NCBI RefSeq assembly: GCF_009914755.1
Contig: NC_060927.1
Reading direction: 5' to 3' (one strand)
Length of the DNA: 64,000 bases
From: the human T2T-CHM13v2.0 reference genome, Homo sapiens
Under the pieces are notes generated by a model, which was not told the DNA's origin, made no database searches, and worked only from the letters and a program-made list of their open reading frames with translations. The position numbers were made by a program, and so were the translations under genes. Numbering within the stretch: the first letter of the stretch is position 1; each line of letters opens with the position of its first letter. Of this stretch, positions 35,399 to 51,950 are shown one piece after another.

Positions 35399-37471
35399 CT
35401 AACCATCAACACAATCAACATTGTGTTGATCAACTTTAGAACATTTTTATCACTTCACGGTGAAACCTCATATCCATTAGCAACCACTCCCCATTTCTCT
35501 CCAAACCTCTCAGCTCTAGGCAACTACTAATCTACTTTCTGTCTCTTATGGATTTGCCTATTCTGGGCATTTCATATAAATGGGATCAGACAATATGTGG
35601 CCTTTTGTGTCTGCCTTTTTCATAAGCATAAGGCTTTCAAAGTTCATCCATGTTGTACCATGTGTCAGGATTCCATTTCTTTTTATTGCCAAACACTATC
35701 CAACTGCATGGATATATAATATTTTATTTATCCATTCATCAATTGGTGGATATTTGGGCTATTTCCACTTTTTGGTTATAATGAATACTGCTACTATGAA
35801 CATTCATGAACAAGCTTTCATAAAATATGTATATGGACATATATTTTATACATTATGTAGATGGACACATACTTTTATTTTTATTGAGTGTATACCTAAG
35901 AGCGGTACTATTGGGTCATATGATAATTCTATGTCTTACCTTTTGAAGAACTGGCAAAGTGGCTGCACCATTTTACATTTCTCCTAACAGTGTATAAGGG
36001 TTTCAGTTTCTCGACCTCCTTGTGGACGCTTGTCTTTTTTGATTACAGCCATCTTAGTGGATGTGAAGTGATATCTCATTGTGGTTTTGATTTTTATTTT
36101 CCTGATGGCTCATGATGTTGAGCATCTTTTATGTGTTTATTGGCCATTTGTATATCTTCTCTGAATAAATGTCTATTCATCCTTTGCCCATTTTTTAATT
36201 GGGTTGTCTGTCTTTTTATTATTGGATTGTAAAAGTTCTTTATATATTCTGAATACAAGCCCCTTTCAGATATATGACTTGTTAATATTTTCTTCCATTT
36301 TGTGGGTTATCCTTTCACTTTATTGATGGTATTCTTTAAAGCACAAAAGTTTTTAATTTTAATAAAGTTCAATTTATTTATTTTTCCTTTGGTTGCTTGT
36401 GCCTTTGGTGTCATACCTAAAAAACTATTGCCAGATCCAAAGTAACAAGGATTTATGACCATATTTCTTTTAAGAGTTTTATAGTTTTTGTTTTTACAGT
36501 TAGATTTTTGGTGCATTTTCAGTTAATTTTTTGTATATGGTATGAGGTAGGGATTTAAATTCATTCTTTGGCATGTGGATATCCAGTTTTCCCAGCATCA
36601 TTTGATGAAAGGATTCTTCTTTTTCCATTGAATGGTCTTGAAACCCTTGCAGAAAATCAACTGACCATAATTATCATGGTTTATTTCTGGGCTCTCAATT
36701 CTATTTCATTGATCTATGTGTCTGTTCTTATGCCAGTATCACATTGTCTTGATTACTGTAGCTTTGTAGTTAGTTTTGAAGTTGGAAAGTGTGAGCCCTC
36801 CAACTTTGCTTAAGACTGTTTTGGCTATCCTGGGTGCTTTACATTTTTATGTGAAGTTTAGAATCAGCTTGTCAATTTCAGAAAAATAAGCCAGCTGGAA
36901 TTTTGATAGAGATTGCATTAAATCTGTAGATCAATTTGGGAAGTATTCCCATCGTAGCAATAGTTAGTCTTCTGATCTATCAAAATGGATGTATTTTCAT
37001 TATTTAGGTCTTTAGTTTATTTCAACAATGTTATACATGTTTCAGAATACAAGTTTTTCACTTCTTTTGGAAAAATTAATCCTATGTATTTCATTCTTTT
37101 GATGCTAATGGAAAAGGAATTGTTTTCTTATTTTTATTTTCTGATTATTCATTGCAAGCATATAGAAATATAATTGATTTAATGTATTGATCTTATGTTC
37201 TGTAACCTTGACTAACTTTTTTATTCTAATAGATTTTTAGTAAATTTCTTAGGATTTTCTATATCAAAATAATGTCACATTCAAATAGAGATAGTTTTAT
37301 TTTTTTTCCAGTCTTATGCCCTTTTTTTTTTTTACTGCCTAATTGCCCTGACTAGAATTCCCAGTACAATATTGAATATAAGTGGCAAGAGCAGATATCC
37401 TTATCTTGTTCCCAATCTTAGGAAAGAAAGCATTCAATCATTCACCATTAATATGAGGTTAGCTGTGGCTT

Positions 37472-37476
37472 GTGTG

Positions 37477-37508
<32 letters not shown>

Positions 37509-37511
37509 GTG
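37472..37511. repeat. (TG)n(CG)n(TG)n alternating purine-pyrimidine tract
   Basis: gtgtgtgtgtgtgcgcgcgcgtgtgtgtgtg. Confidence 0.9.
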
Positions 37512-39088
37512 TTTTATAGATGCCCATAATCAGATTAAGAAAGCTCCCTATATTCCTAGTTTGTTGAATATTTATCATAAAAGGATTTTGAATTTGTCAA
37601 ATGTCTTGATAGGGTTGGTATGTTATAATGTTTAATTTTCTGATGTTAAACAAACCTTGCATTCCTGGAATAAATCCCACTTAACATGGTATGTAATGCT
37701 TTTTATATGTTTGTGGACTCAGTTTGTTAGTATTTTCTGGAGGAATTTTTGCCTATGAGAGGTATTGGTCTGTAATTTTCTTCTAATATGATACCTTTGT
37801 CTGGTTTGAGTATCAGAGTAATGTTGGCCTCATAGAATTTGTTGGGAAGTATTCTTTCCTCTTCTATTTTTGGAAAAGTTTGTGGAAAATCAATATTAAT
37901 TATTCTTTAAATGTTCACCAGTTAAGCCCTCTGGGACTGAGCTCCTTGTGAGTAGTTTTGACTAAAATTTTTTTTACTAATTTAATATCTTTATTTGTTA
38001 TAGGTCTATTCAGATGTTCTATTTCTTCTAAGTCAGTTTTGGTAGTTTTTGTCCTTCTAGAAATTTTTTCATTTCATCTAACTTTTTGAACTTAATTGTC
38101 ATACAGTTGTTCATCATATTCCCTTATGATCCTTTTAATTTCTGTCAGTAGGTCTGTGAAGTCTTTTATTCCTGATTTTAATAATTTGAGACTTCTCTTT
38201 CTTTTCAACTTGGTCAATCGAATTAAAGTTTTGTCAATTTTGTTGATCTTTTCAAGTAACCTAACTTTTGGTTCTGTTTATTTTTCTCTATGAATTTTAT
38301 TCCCTATTTTATAAATTTCTACTCTAATCTTTATTATTTCCTTTATTTAGCTTGCTTGGTTTTAGTTTACTCTTCTTTTTCTAGTATCTTAAGGTGGAAG
38401 GACATGTTATTGATTTGAGGTCTTTCTTTATAATATACATATTTACAACTATAAATTTTCCTCTAAGTACTGCTTTGTCTGCATCCCATAAATTATGACA
38501 TGTTTTTGTCTTCATTTTCGTTCATTTCAAAGTATTTTTGATTCATCTTTAGGATTTCTTTATTTGGTCCATTGGCTATTTAGGAGTATATTCTTAAGTT
38601 TCCACATATTTGTGAATTTTCCAAATGTTCTTCTCTATTGATTTCTAATTTTACTCTCTTATGTCCACAGAACACACTTTGTGTCATTTCCATCCTTTTA
38701 AAGTTATTGAGACTTGTTTTATGACCTAACATACGATCTATCTTGGAGAATGCTCCATGTGCATTTGAGAAGAATGTGTATTCTTCTGCTGGTGGGTAGA
38801 GTGTTCTATAGATACCTATTAGGTCTAGTTTGTTTATAATGTTGTTCAAGTCTTCTGTCTCTTTATTGATCTTCTGCCTAGTTGTTCAAACTGGGATATT
38901 AAAGTCATCAACTATAATTGTTGAATTGTCTATTTGTCTCTTCAATTTGTTTCATTTATTTTGGGGCTTTGTTATTAGATGCATATATGTTTATAATCGT
39001 TATATTTTCCTGATGAATTTACGCTTTCATCATTATAAATGTCTCTCACTATCTCTAATAATTTTTTGTTTTAAAATCTATTTGTGTT

Positions 39089-39444
<356 letters not shown>

Positions 39445-39669
39445 TTACATCATTTTCCCTTCAACCTTTTATCTTTGAATCTAAAGTGTGTCTCTTGAAA
39501 ACAACATGTAGTTGGATCTTTTTTATCCAGTTCACAATTGCTTTTTAAATATCAGTGTATTTGTCAACATTATGAAAAAGACCTATATGTATTTATATTG
39601 TTTAAAAATAGTTTTGACCTCACAGACCCCTTGAAAGGTGTCTGTAGTCCATTCTTGGAGAACCACTGC

Positions 39670-40030
39670 AATAATAAGCATTTATTTAGCTTATGCATGT
39701 GTGAATTAGCTGAGGGTGGACTGCTCTAAGCTGAGCCTGGCTGGATCCTTTTCCTTGGACCAGCAGGCTAGTGTGTAGACATGTCCTTCTTCTGGTGACA
39801 GCAGAAGCTTCAGAGGTTAAGGAAAAACAAATATTTTAAGGATATGCCTTGTTACATTGGTCAAAGTGAGCCACAAATTCTTGCACAAGTCACATGATCA
39901 AACACAAAATTGAGGGGTAGGGATATACATTCCATCCTTTTCGTGACAGCTGAAAAATGCTTGCAAAGGATGAGAAGACAGGCAATAGTGAAAAAAAAAA
40001 TTAGGATGATTTGCAATCTACACACAGGTC
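39670..40030 (-). mobile_element. Old MLT1 (MLT1J/I-like) LTR
   Basis: Degenerate MaLR motifs (aagtcacatgatcaaac...ttgcaatcta). Confidence 0.55.
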
Positions 40031-40462
40031 AAGAGTGTAAGCAGAGTAACCAGCTAAGAGCTACCACAGCTAGAGAGAGAATGACGCTTTGGACTAATGG
40101 TGAAGAGGAAGGGAATTGGGTGTGACAACTGGGGAAGAAGAACCCCAAGGTGAGACCACAGGGTGACTCTCCACCAGCACTTGCCTGGCAGGGATACTGC
40201 CAAATGCAAGGATGTCCTGGCACCCTCCTGGGTGGATAGAAACTAGTCCTGGTGCCCCTCAACCTTGCTTCCTTGATACTTTCTCCACATTTTCCCAGGA
40301 CTCTCAGACAATCCAGCTGTGCCTTGCCCCTTAGGAGTTTACCCCTTAGGGATTCTTATGGCTGAATGGGAAATGCTCCATAGTGATGGGGAAAAGCACA
40401 CTGAAAAATGGCATAGAGAGTACGGTATGGCTTTTTTTTTTTTTTTTCAAAAACAAAAAATC

Positions 40463-40775
<313 letters not shown>

Positions 40776-42814
40776 ACAAAAAATGTTTTCGAATGGTATT
40801 TACTTATATGATCATAGAGAAGATATCACATTGTTAACAGTGGTGAGTTACCTCCAACAGCTAGACTGGTGTTAGGTGAGGGAACTACAGCATTTTGCTT
40901 TATACATTTCAGCACTGTCTGGACTGGTAAACATGTAGGCAATATGTTAGTTGAATGAATGAAGGAATGGAAGGGAGGAAGGAAGGAAGAAAGAAAGAGT
41001 CTGTCTTCCATTCAGCAAAGCATGAGGGCCAGGCACTAACAAAGGTTGAGATCTATACCCAAAGCTCCAGAACTGGCTCCTCAGGCCCTATTCTCATCAC
41101 TGGGCCTCCCTCACTCTGCCCCTTGGCTTCCTTCCCATGAAGGCAGTGGGGCTTTGAGTAGATGGAACCACAGCTCTGAGACTTACTGGCTGTGAGACCA
41201 AGTCTCCCAGCTTCTCTGAGCCTCTGCACTGTATCATTTTGAGAAATTGATGAAATAATAAATTCTAGGTGCTCAGCATGGTGCCGGGCAAGTGGTAAGA
41301 ACTCTATAAATAAATGTTCACTTTACTTTGCTCCTCATTCTGTTTGAGGCATGGGTTGGGCCCTTGTCCAGCTGCCAACCTCCTGATTTTCTCTGAACAT
41401 TGCCCCTTTTCTTCTGCCTTCATCAGCCTTGCCCTTAGGGGAATGACAACTCAGGAACAACATCCCTCCTTCTTCACCTTCCACCTTCCACAGTGACCAA
41501 GGCAGCCTCTCTCAGAAATGGTCTGATCAAGGCATTCGTGTAGAGATGCTATAAATTTAACATCTACATATAATTTCAAGTGAGCAAGACCTACAGATGC
41601 AGAAACTGCTTACCCAACAGAAAGGAGCATTGAGGTGAATTTGGAGAGAGACTGGGGAAAAGGTGGGATTTCCTAGTGTGCGAATCAGAACCTCTGTATA
41701 AGGCCATGCCATGGGAGAATGTCTAGGGAGGCTGGCCACAGAGCACTCCAAGAAAAATGCTGACCTGGGCAGGAGCAACTCTCACAACAGAATGCATCCT
41801 GTGCTTCCCCCAGAAAGAAGCCTCCTCCCTGATCCTGCTGGCCTTTCCCTCTCCATCTCCCCCAACCCCTGAGTAAGCCCAGGATCGGCAGAAGAGCCTC
41901 AGTTCCTTCTTCCCTAAGGGACCCTCTGTGATGGTATCTGCCATAAAGCAGCCACAGCAGCTTTGGACTGCAGTGTGGGTCAGACAATGCCCTGCAGTCT
42001 TGGCTCAGCCACTCAGCAGCTGCAGGGCCCTCAGCAAGCCACCCACCTCTCTTGGCTACATCTTCCTGTGTCAGGAAGGCCATCTTGCCATCACTGTTGG
42101 AAGGATGTGGGGAGACAATTGATGAGAAATTTTCCAGCTCAAGACCTGAGCTGGTTGAGGGAGTGTCAGAGTTGCATTTGGGGATAACAAGCCCTAGAAC
42201 ATGCCCCTAGCGAAGACAGCCTTCTCAGCGTCTCTATGACCCTGAGCTCCTGTTTCTGAGGCCTCATTTGGGGAGCCAGCCATCCCCTCCAGTTCTAGTG
42301 AGCATGCATGAACGCTAAGGCTAGAGGCAGAGAGACGGCCGAAGTCACGGTGTCCAACCCAGGAGGCGAAGGAAGGCACGATGCCTGGGATGCACTGGGC
42401 ATCACTCTGCTTGCCTATAGGGAAGAGACAGGCTAATTCTGGCACCAAGGGACAGAGAAATTATCCCCAGACAGAGGCCAGATGGCAACGCTGCTTGAGG
42501 AAACCCGATGGACACAATGGACTCTGAATCACCGTGAGTGGTGACTCAAAGTCTTACAGACATTAGCTAATCATGAACATGACTGCAGGCCATCAGTGAC
42601 TGGGATCCCCCACGCCAGGCTAACATCAACCCTGGACATCAGTCAGATCCTCAGGCAGGCATGGTCCCTTCCCTGTGTCACGGCAAGCTCCAGGCCACTC
42701 AGTGGGCAGCTGCAGCCATCCCTGAAGGCACAGAAAGCAGTCAGAGATTGAATTCGGATAAGCAGCCTTAGCTTTTAAAGACAGATGCAACACACTTAAA
42801 AAACAGGTGGCCCC

Positions 42815-43480
<666 letters not shown>

Positions 43481-43499
43481 TAATACACATAATCATTTG

Positions 43500-45350
43500 C
43501 CTATTAAGTTGTTTCCCAATAACACGTTTATTGCAGTTTGTTAGAGGTCTACATTATGTCAAGCTGTTGACCCCCAAAGATGCAGGTGCAAGACAGACCA
43601 AATCCTGCTCTCAAAGAGAGCAGGGGAGAGACAGATAACACATGCATTCTACAGATAAGATTGCTCCAGACTGTAGGAAGTGTTATGAAGAAAATAGACA
43701 GGGTGATGTTTCTGAGTGTTTAGGGTGATCAGAGAAAGCCTCTCGAAGAAATGGCCTCTGAGTGGGGTCTTGAAAAATAAAAAGAATCCAGACATGCCAA
43801 GAGCTGCAAGAAAGGCTGAGAGAAGGGGAGGTTCAAAGGCCCTGAGATAGGCACGCAGGCGGCAAGACCGAGGAACAGAAAGCAGCTGTATTACCACAGC
43901 ATGGAGCAAAAGAGGAAAGCAGCAGGCAGGAACTATCAAAGGCCTACAAGGCATGGCAAGGAATTAGGATTTTAACACAAGTGCATCAGGAAATCACTCA
44001 TGAGGGATAACGAGCAAAGGGTCAGGATCTATTGTACACTTTTCTCTGTGGCCTGAAGCAGCAGCCATTTGGTTGTTCATGACTCCCTGGGTCAGGGATC
44101 CAAGCAGATCCCAGTGGGACGGTTCATCTCAGCTCCACCAGTTGTCAGCTGGGGAGGGTCGACAGGAGTGCAGGATCCACAATGGACTCACTCACAGGTC
44201 TGGGGTGTCAGTGTCAGCTTTTCATTGGGGGAATGCACTTCGGTGCCCCTGCTTGTGGCCTCTCATCATTCAGTGCTCTCACCCAAGCTGCCTTCCACAG
44301 CAGCCAGCTTCCAGGAGCCGGCTTATATTTTTAACAGATGTCTCTGGCTGCTGGGTGGGAAAACGATGGTAAAAAGGGCAAGGCTGGGAGCAGGACACCG
44401 GCGAGAGATGGTGGTGACTTGGATGGTGATGGGTGAAGGGGGCATGGCAGGAATGGACTGACTGCAGATGTCTTTGAAGTTGAACCAATACAACTTGCCA
44501 ATCAATGGGATGTGGTGGAGGAACACATGGGAGGAATCAGAGATTATTTCCAAGACTCTGGCCTGAGCAACCCTATGAATAGTGATTGCCCAATGTCACT
44601 CACTGAGATGAGGAAGCACAGGTTTGACTGGCGGCAGGAAGGCAGAAAAACAGAGGGTCATATTTTTGACATGTGTATTTTCAGAGGCCTATTAAACATC
44701 TGAGCGGAGATTTCATAGAGTTCACCAGGTGAATGGTCTGAAACTCCAGGGAAGGTGTGCACTCAAGATGTTATGAGCAGAAAGAAAACACTTACATCCA
44801 TGAAGAGAAGGTTGGTAGAGAGGGAGGTTCAGGCCAGGGCCCTGGCACCTCATCATTTAGGGGGCAGGTAGCAGAGAGGGAGCCGAGGAGAGTGCATAGA
44901 CGCACGCAGCCAGGTGGGAAGAAAACCAGCAGAATGAGATAGTGTGAGAGCATGGGAGGAGAATGCTTTCCATGGGGACAGAGAGAGTGGTCGGTTGAGT
45001 CTCCTTTGTGGCTCTTTCTCAAGATGGAAGGTTCTAGAGCATGTTTGAATATTCTTAGGATGCTCCAGCAGAGTGGGGTGACTGCAGGAGAGAAGGCCTT
45101 GAGGAGGAAGGGAACAGGACCCAGAACTCAGGTGAGGGGTGGCCTCTGATAGGAGCAAGACTAGGCGGGCAGGCACAGAGCACAGGCACAGATGCAGGTG
45201 GATTGGATAGGGGAGGGGACAGTTTCTGTCTGGATCAGCTCTATTTTCTCAGTGAAGAACAAGGTGAGTTCATCTGCTGGCCAGTAGCCAGCGTGGAGGG
45301 GGATGTGTTAGGGAGGCTTGAGGTGAGAGTAGGAGACATAAAGTGATATG
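43500..45350 (-). mobile_element. L2 (fragmented)
   Basis: Purine-rich L2 reverse-complement pattern (gggtgatcagagaaagcctctc..., gactctggcctgagcaac). Confidence 0.65.
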
Positions 45351-45533
45351 AAAAAGCTCTCTGTGGGTGAGAAACCAAACTGATCAGCACATAGCTTCTC
45401 CCCTTCTCTTATCTTCATGTAATAATTTCCAACAGGTAAAATGATTGAGTCGTGGGTCCTGGCCACATCAATTCCTCATTTGTCCCTCATAACAACTTCA
45501 GGGAAGGTAAAGCAGGGATAAAGATACAAGCTC

Positions 45534-45728
45534 GGTGTGGAGATTCCTTAAAGAACAAAAAGTGGAACTACCAATTGATCCAGCAATGCCACCACTGGGT
45601 ATCTACCTGAGGAAAACAAGGCATATGAAAAAGGTACTTTCACACACATTTATAGCAGCACAATTCACAACTGCAAAAATGTGGAACCAGCCCAAATGCC
45701 CATCAATCAATGAGTGGATAAAGAAACT

Positions 45729-45826
<98 letters not shown>

Positions 45827-46187
45827 GGAATACTACTCAGCCATAAAAAGGAATGAATTAATGGCATTTGCAGCAATCCAGATGAGATCAGAGACATTAT
45901 TCTAAGTGAAGTGACTCAGGAATGGAAAATCAAACATCGTAGTTCTCACTCATAAGTGGAAGCTAAGCTATGAGGATGTAAAGGCATAAGAAAGATACAA
46001 TTCCTTTGAGACTTGGGGGGAAAGGGTGGGAAAGGGATGAGGGATAAAAGACTACAAATTGGGTTCAGTGTATACTGCTTGAGTGCTGGGTGCACCAAAA
46101 TCTCACAAATCACCGCTAAAGAACTTATTCATGTAACTAAATACCACCTCTTCCCCAAAACCCTACGGAAATAAAAAAAAATTTTTT
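45534..46187 (+). mobile_element. 5'-truncated L1PB inserted in a MIR
   Basis: L1PB 3' end; perfect 13-bp TSD AAGATACAAGCTC (45521-45533 / 46188-46200). Confidence 0.92.
45732..45824. repeat. (TA)n(CA)n compound microsatellite
   Basis: ~25 TA followed by ~21 CA. Confidence 0.97.
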
Positions 46188-46852
46188 AAGATACAAGCTC
46201 AAAGATGCAGGAGATTTGCCAGGGTCCATGCAGCAGGTACATGACAGACAGAGAGGACTGGAGCCGGGACTGCCAGGTCTCATTGGAACGGCCCCATCGA
46301 GCTCTCTCCTCAGAGCCATGAGCTCACTCCCAGCCTCAAGCCTTCTTCACCTCCTGGAACTGGCACCAGGTCTGTCCTCCTCATCCTCATTTCTGCCTAA
46401 CCCTGCTGAGCCCCCACCCCTTTCCATCTTGGCTCCCAGGTATCCTTCTCACCATGGTCAGCTTAATATAGCAATTGGTACATTTCTCATCCAAACTCCA
46501 TCATTCCCTAATTCGCCATCAACCAAGTGACTTGGAAACTTAAATTGTGATTAAGACATCTGGTTTTAGAGTTAAAAATTCCAGTTCAACTTCAATTTGC
46601 TTGTGATCTTGGGCAGGTGATTTATCCTCTTCAACCTTCATTTCTTCCTCTTTAAAACAAGTTGTAGTAATAGTAGTAATATTTGTAGCTCATAGGATTT
46701 TTAGAAAGATGAAATAACATGATGCATAAAAAGATCTTCATATAGGTCTTGACCCACAGAAAATATTCAGTAAACAGTAGCTATTATTAGTGTTAGATAG
46801 TAGAGAAAAATCAATTTGCATTGAGAGTTTTTACTTGACAATTAGTATTTGA

Positions 46853-47185
<333 letters not shown>

Positions 47186-48137
47186 ACAAGCCACTGCACC
47201 CGGCTACATCCATATTTTTATATCCACATATAAAAATTGAATGCGTTAAAATTCAGAAGTTCACAATGAAGCTTTAAAAAAAAGTAACAACTGTAGGAAG
47301 ATGCTAGAGATGCAATCAACTTGTTACTTTGAAAACTGGCAAATAGAAAGAATCAAGCATTTTAAATAGAAGGAAAGAATTCAGCATTTTTATCCTGTCT
47401 TTTCCGTAACAGCTCTAGCTCTGACCAGATAGCAGGTGAGAGAAAGCTTCTCTTTACAGGAGCATTCCAGCTAATAAGTGAAGATTTACAAGAATTTGAC
47501 TCTATTTTCTTTGTCTCATAGAGAAGTATATATGCAAAACCTTTGCTGCTGCTTGAATGGTGATGGGGAGAATAGGGGTTAACAGAGTGGAATAAAATGA
47601 AGCTTAGCAATGTCATCTTATTACAGTGTTCTCCATTATTTGATGCAAGTGCCAGGAAGGACCTAGAGATATGTAGCATAAGGGGTCTTGCTGCTCCCAT
47701 TCCCACCCACTAACTGTGCAGATAAGAATACTACAACCTGAAAGGCCAACATTAGGCTCATATTCTCCAGCTCTCAACGTGCATTTCATGATACCAGCAC
47801 AAACTCCTCTCAGATCATTTCACCCTAGTGTCTACAAATTCATTTTCATTTTGTTTTGAACTCCATATCCACTGATCCTCTTTGAAATGTCTAGTTGTGA
47901 AAGTAACCTACAACCTATGGATGCCCCACATTACAAACCTTTTCTTGGAGCACACCCAAGTACTCAACTTGGGGGAAAACCATCTCTGAGTTGAAACCAG
48001 GGTGACAAATACATCTACTCCTATGGACCAAATCAAATTTATTGCCTGGTACATTGTGTTGAGGATAGGGAGGACTCATCCAGTCTCAACAAGAAAGAAT
48101 GCTTACAGATGGATTAGCAATTTCTGCCCTGGCTGCC

Positions 48138-48144
48138 GTGTGTG

Positions 48145-48185
<41 letters not shown>
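48138..48185. repeat. (TG)n microsatellite
   Basis: ~24 TG with one interruption. Confidence 0.96.
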
Positions 48186-48392
48186 GGATAGCGGTAGTCT
48201 ACAGTGCCAGAATGCAAATTGCATGCCTGATGTTTGCTATTGCTGAGACAAAATGAATGGTGTGTATAGAGATCCAAAGAAGGGAGCCATTAAAGGGGTC
48301 TCTAAAGAGTTAAGAGCTACTCAAAAGAGGCCTTATCATGTATTGAATAAAATAAAGTTAAAATAAATGCAATTTCCACTTAAAAAATTTTT

Positions 48393-48689
<297 letters not shown>

Positions 48690-48784
48690 TTAACTACTCC
48701 TAGTTTATTCCTTGTAAAAGTGAACAGGCTGTGTTCAGATGTGGAAAGTTATCAAAAGACCATTACTAACAAACTTCCCCGAGC

Positions 48785-48787
<3 letters not shown>

Positions 48788-48816
<29 letters not shown>
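48788..48816. repeat. (TG)n microsatellite
   Basis: ~14 TG. Confidence 0.95.
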
Positions 48817-48818
<2 letters not shown>

Positions 48819-49332
48819 CACATATATACAGCACATGTGTGTATATATAATAAAAGCTAAAATATCTTAGTTTTAAAAAACTCAACAGAGAGCATGAACA
48901 CAAAGAAATGTAAATGAACTAAACTCTGGAAAGTGATGAGCCCTTCACAGGAGAGAAAAAACACAGAGTTCCTCCATAGTTGGTGGAACTGTGAAGGAAA
49001 AAGTAATCTTCCATAGAAATAAGTAAGGAGAAATCAGCTGAACTTTTAACAAACTTATAACACCGGTGTTTGGACTGGCATGACTGATTAGAAACCTGAA
49101 GAGCACTACTTACAGAGTGAATTTATACTCACTCACTATCTCCTACCCTGTGAGTCTTCAGCAAGTGTTGGGGGTAACACACCCAAAACAGTGAATGAGG
49201 CCAGAGAAGAGCAAAGAGGGGTCTATAATAAGGTACATGAGGCTGGGATCGCTCCCCTAGTGCAAGTCCCCCTCAGAAGGGCAGGTATGAGCAGGAAAGC
49301 TGAGAGAAAATTTGTAGTGCAATGGAGAATAT

Positions 49333-49560
49333 ATCAGGTCTTTGGCCTGGCTTCTTGGCAGAGTTTCAAAAACCCTAGGTATTTCTCAGTGATAGAGCTG
49401 TCTTTGGAATGCTACTGAATTGACTCCCGGTAGGCTCCTAGATAGCTTCAAGTTAGTGGCTGGTCACCACAAAGAGGGTCAGAACTTTGGGCCAGCCTGA
49501 CCTCTGGAGAAGGATGAGGGCTGGAGATTGAATTCAAGCACATGGCCAATGATTTAACCT
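49333..49560 (+). mobile_element. MER21/MER77-like LTR fragment
   Basis: tagatagcttcaag...ggctggtcacc...ggggctggagattgaattcaa...tggccaatgattta. Confidence 0.6.
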
Positions 49561-51013
49561 ATGCTGAAAGGAAATTAATGATCTTGCCCTCAAATAATTT
49601 GAAGCCAATAGTGAACTAAATCAAGGGAAGGCTATAACACGGCCCAAACCCTGCTTAATTTCAAATCCAATTAAGTCAGCCCCCACACTAGCAGCCTAAC
49701 AGAAATAGTATTTTTTTAATCTCTAAGTTCTTTAATACAAAATGCTTTTTCTATGACTGAAGATAACAAGACATATGAAAAAGCAATAAATGTGATTTAT
49801 GGTCAAGAGGGGAAATGGTCAATAGAAGCAGAACTAAAGATGACCCAGACGATTAAATGATCAAATAGGGACATTAAAATAGCTGTGAAAACGATGCTAA
49901 AAGATGTAGTGGAAAAGATGGGTAGCATATGAGAATAAATGGGAAATTTTAGCAGACTCTTGAAAAAAAACAAAGAAGAATCAAATGCATGTGCTAGAAA
50001 TGAAACCTGTAAAATTAGAAATAAGTAATTCATTAGATGAACCTAACAATGGATTGAACACAGCACAAGAAATTATCATGAACTTGAAGATGGAGCAGTA
50101 GAAAGTATAAAAGCTGAAACACAAAGAGAAAAAGAGTGAAATTAAAAGACAGAATAAAGCAAATGGAATCCAAAGGAGAATATGAAATGTCCAAAATACA
50201 TATCACTGGAGTCCAGGAGGAGAGGAGAAAAAAAAGCAGAATAAATATTTGAAGCGATAATGGCCATGAACTTTCCAAAACTGATGAAGGCATCAATCCC
50301 ACAAAGCCAAAAATTCTTACTAAAACCCAAGCAGTACAAATACAAATAAAATCACCTCTAGGTACATCATATGCAAATTGCTGAAAACCAAAGATAAAAG
50401 GCAAATCTTTAAAACATGCAGAGCAGAAAGACACATTACATACAGAGGAGCAACAATCCAATGACGGCTGACCTAGCAGGAAATGGGGGCCAGAAGACGA
50501 CAGAATGAGATCTTTAAACAAAAGAACAACAGGTTGAAAAGCCATTGACCTACAATTTCATATCCAGTGAAAATATACATCAAATAGCAAGGGAAAATAA
50601 AGACTTCTTAGTAGTCATAAGTTGAGAGACTTCATCCCCAGCAGATACATTTAAAGCTGCAAATGCCAAAAGAAGGTTTTTACACTGAAAGGATATGATA
50701 CAAGATTGAACTAGATTGGCAGGAATAAAAGAACACTAGAAGGGGTCAGTATCTGGATAGGTATAAAAGACTTGTTTATATTATATTTTTTCTTTAAAAG
50801 GATATCATTTTTAAAGCAAAAATAATAACAATATGTTATAGGATTTGAGCCATGTATGAAAGTAAAATATAAGATAATATGAGCACGAATAGCAGGAGGG
50901 GCATAAATAAAATTATACTGTTGTAATTTTCTACATCACTGTTTGCAAGTAACCTGTGCTAACTTAAAGATAAGTATTATAATCTCTAGAACAGCCATTA
51001 AAAAGAACATAAA

Positions 51014-51085
51014 CAGGTACAACTAAAATGTCAATATAGGAGATAAAATCAGGTACAGCTAAAATGTCAATATAGGAGATAAAAT
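51014..51085. repeat. 2 x 36-bp tandem duplication (nearby (CA)n at 51096-51132 and (TACATA)n at 51240-51295)
   Basis: caggtaca(a/g)ctaaaatgtcaatataggagataaaat twice. Confidence 0.9.
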
Positions 51086-51094
51086 CAAATACAA

Positions 51095-51134
<40 letters not shown>

Positions 51135-51237
51135 TTGCCCAAAGGAAGGAAGGGAAAAAATAGAGGAAAGCAGAATAAATAAGGCAAAAAGAAAATAAAT
51201 ACCAATATAGGAGACTTAAAATCAACTATATATCATA

Positions 51238-51288
<51 letters not shown>

Positions 51289-51401
51289 CACATATATTTA
51301 ATCCTTTTTGTACAAAAGGATTAAAACTCCCACCATGACTGAGTGGGGTTTGTCCCAGTAATGCAAAGTTGGTTTAATATTTGACAATCAGTCAGTGTAA
51401 G

Positions 51402-51945
51402 TGTATTAGTTATCTACTGCTGCACAACATATTACTCCAAACCTTTCGTGGCTTACAACAATGAATATTTATCATCTCACACAGTTTCTATGGGTCAGGA
51501 TTTAGGAGTAGCTTAACTGGATGATTCTGGCTCAGCATCTCTCACGACATTGCAGTCAAGATAATGTTAGAGGCTGTAGTTATCTTAATGCTTGACTGTG
51601 CTTGGAAGATCTGCTTACAGGATGGCTCACTCACACACCTGGCAGGTCAGTGCTAGTTACTGGCAGCAGGCCTTCATTCCTCACCATGTGGATCTGTCCT
51701 TAGGACAACTTGAGTGTACTTACAAGATGGCACCTGGCTTCCCCCGGAGTGATAGCTAGGAGAAAACCATAATGCCCTTTATAATTTAGTCTTGGAAGTG
51801 TCACACAGTTACTTCCACCACACTCTACCAACTAGAGGTAGTTACTAAGCCCAGTCCACACTCAAGACAGAGCAATTAAGCTCCAACTAATGAAGGAGGA
51901 GTATAAAATAGATTGAAACATACTTTTTAAACTTCATAGTGATGT
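51402..51945 (-). mobile_element. MLT1 (F/G-like) solo LTR
   Basis: tgtattagttatctactgctgc...atttatcatctcacacagtttctatgggtcagga. Confidence 0.85.
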
Positions 51946-51950
51946 ATTAA

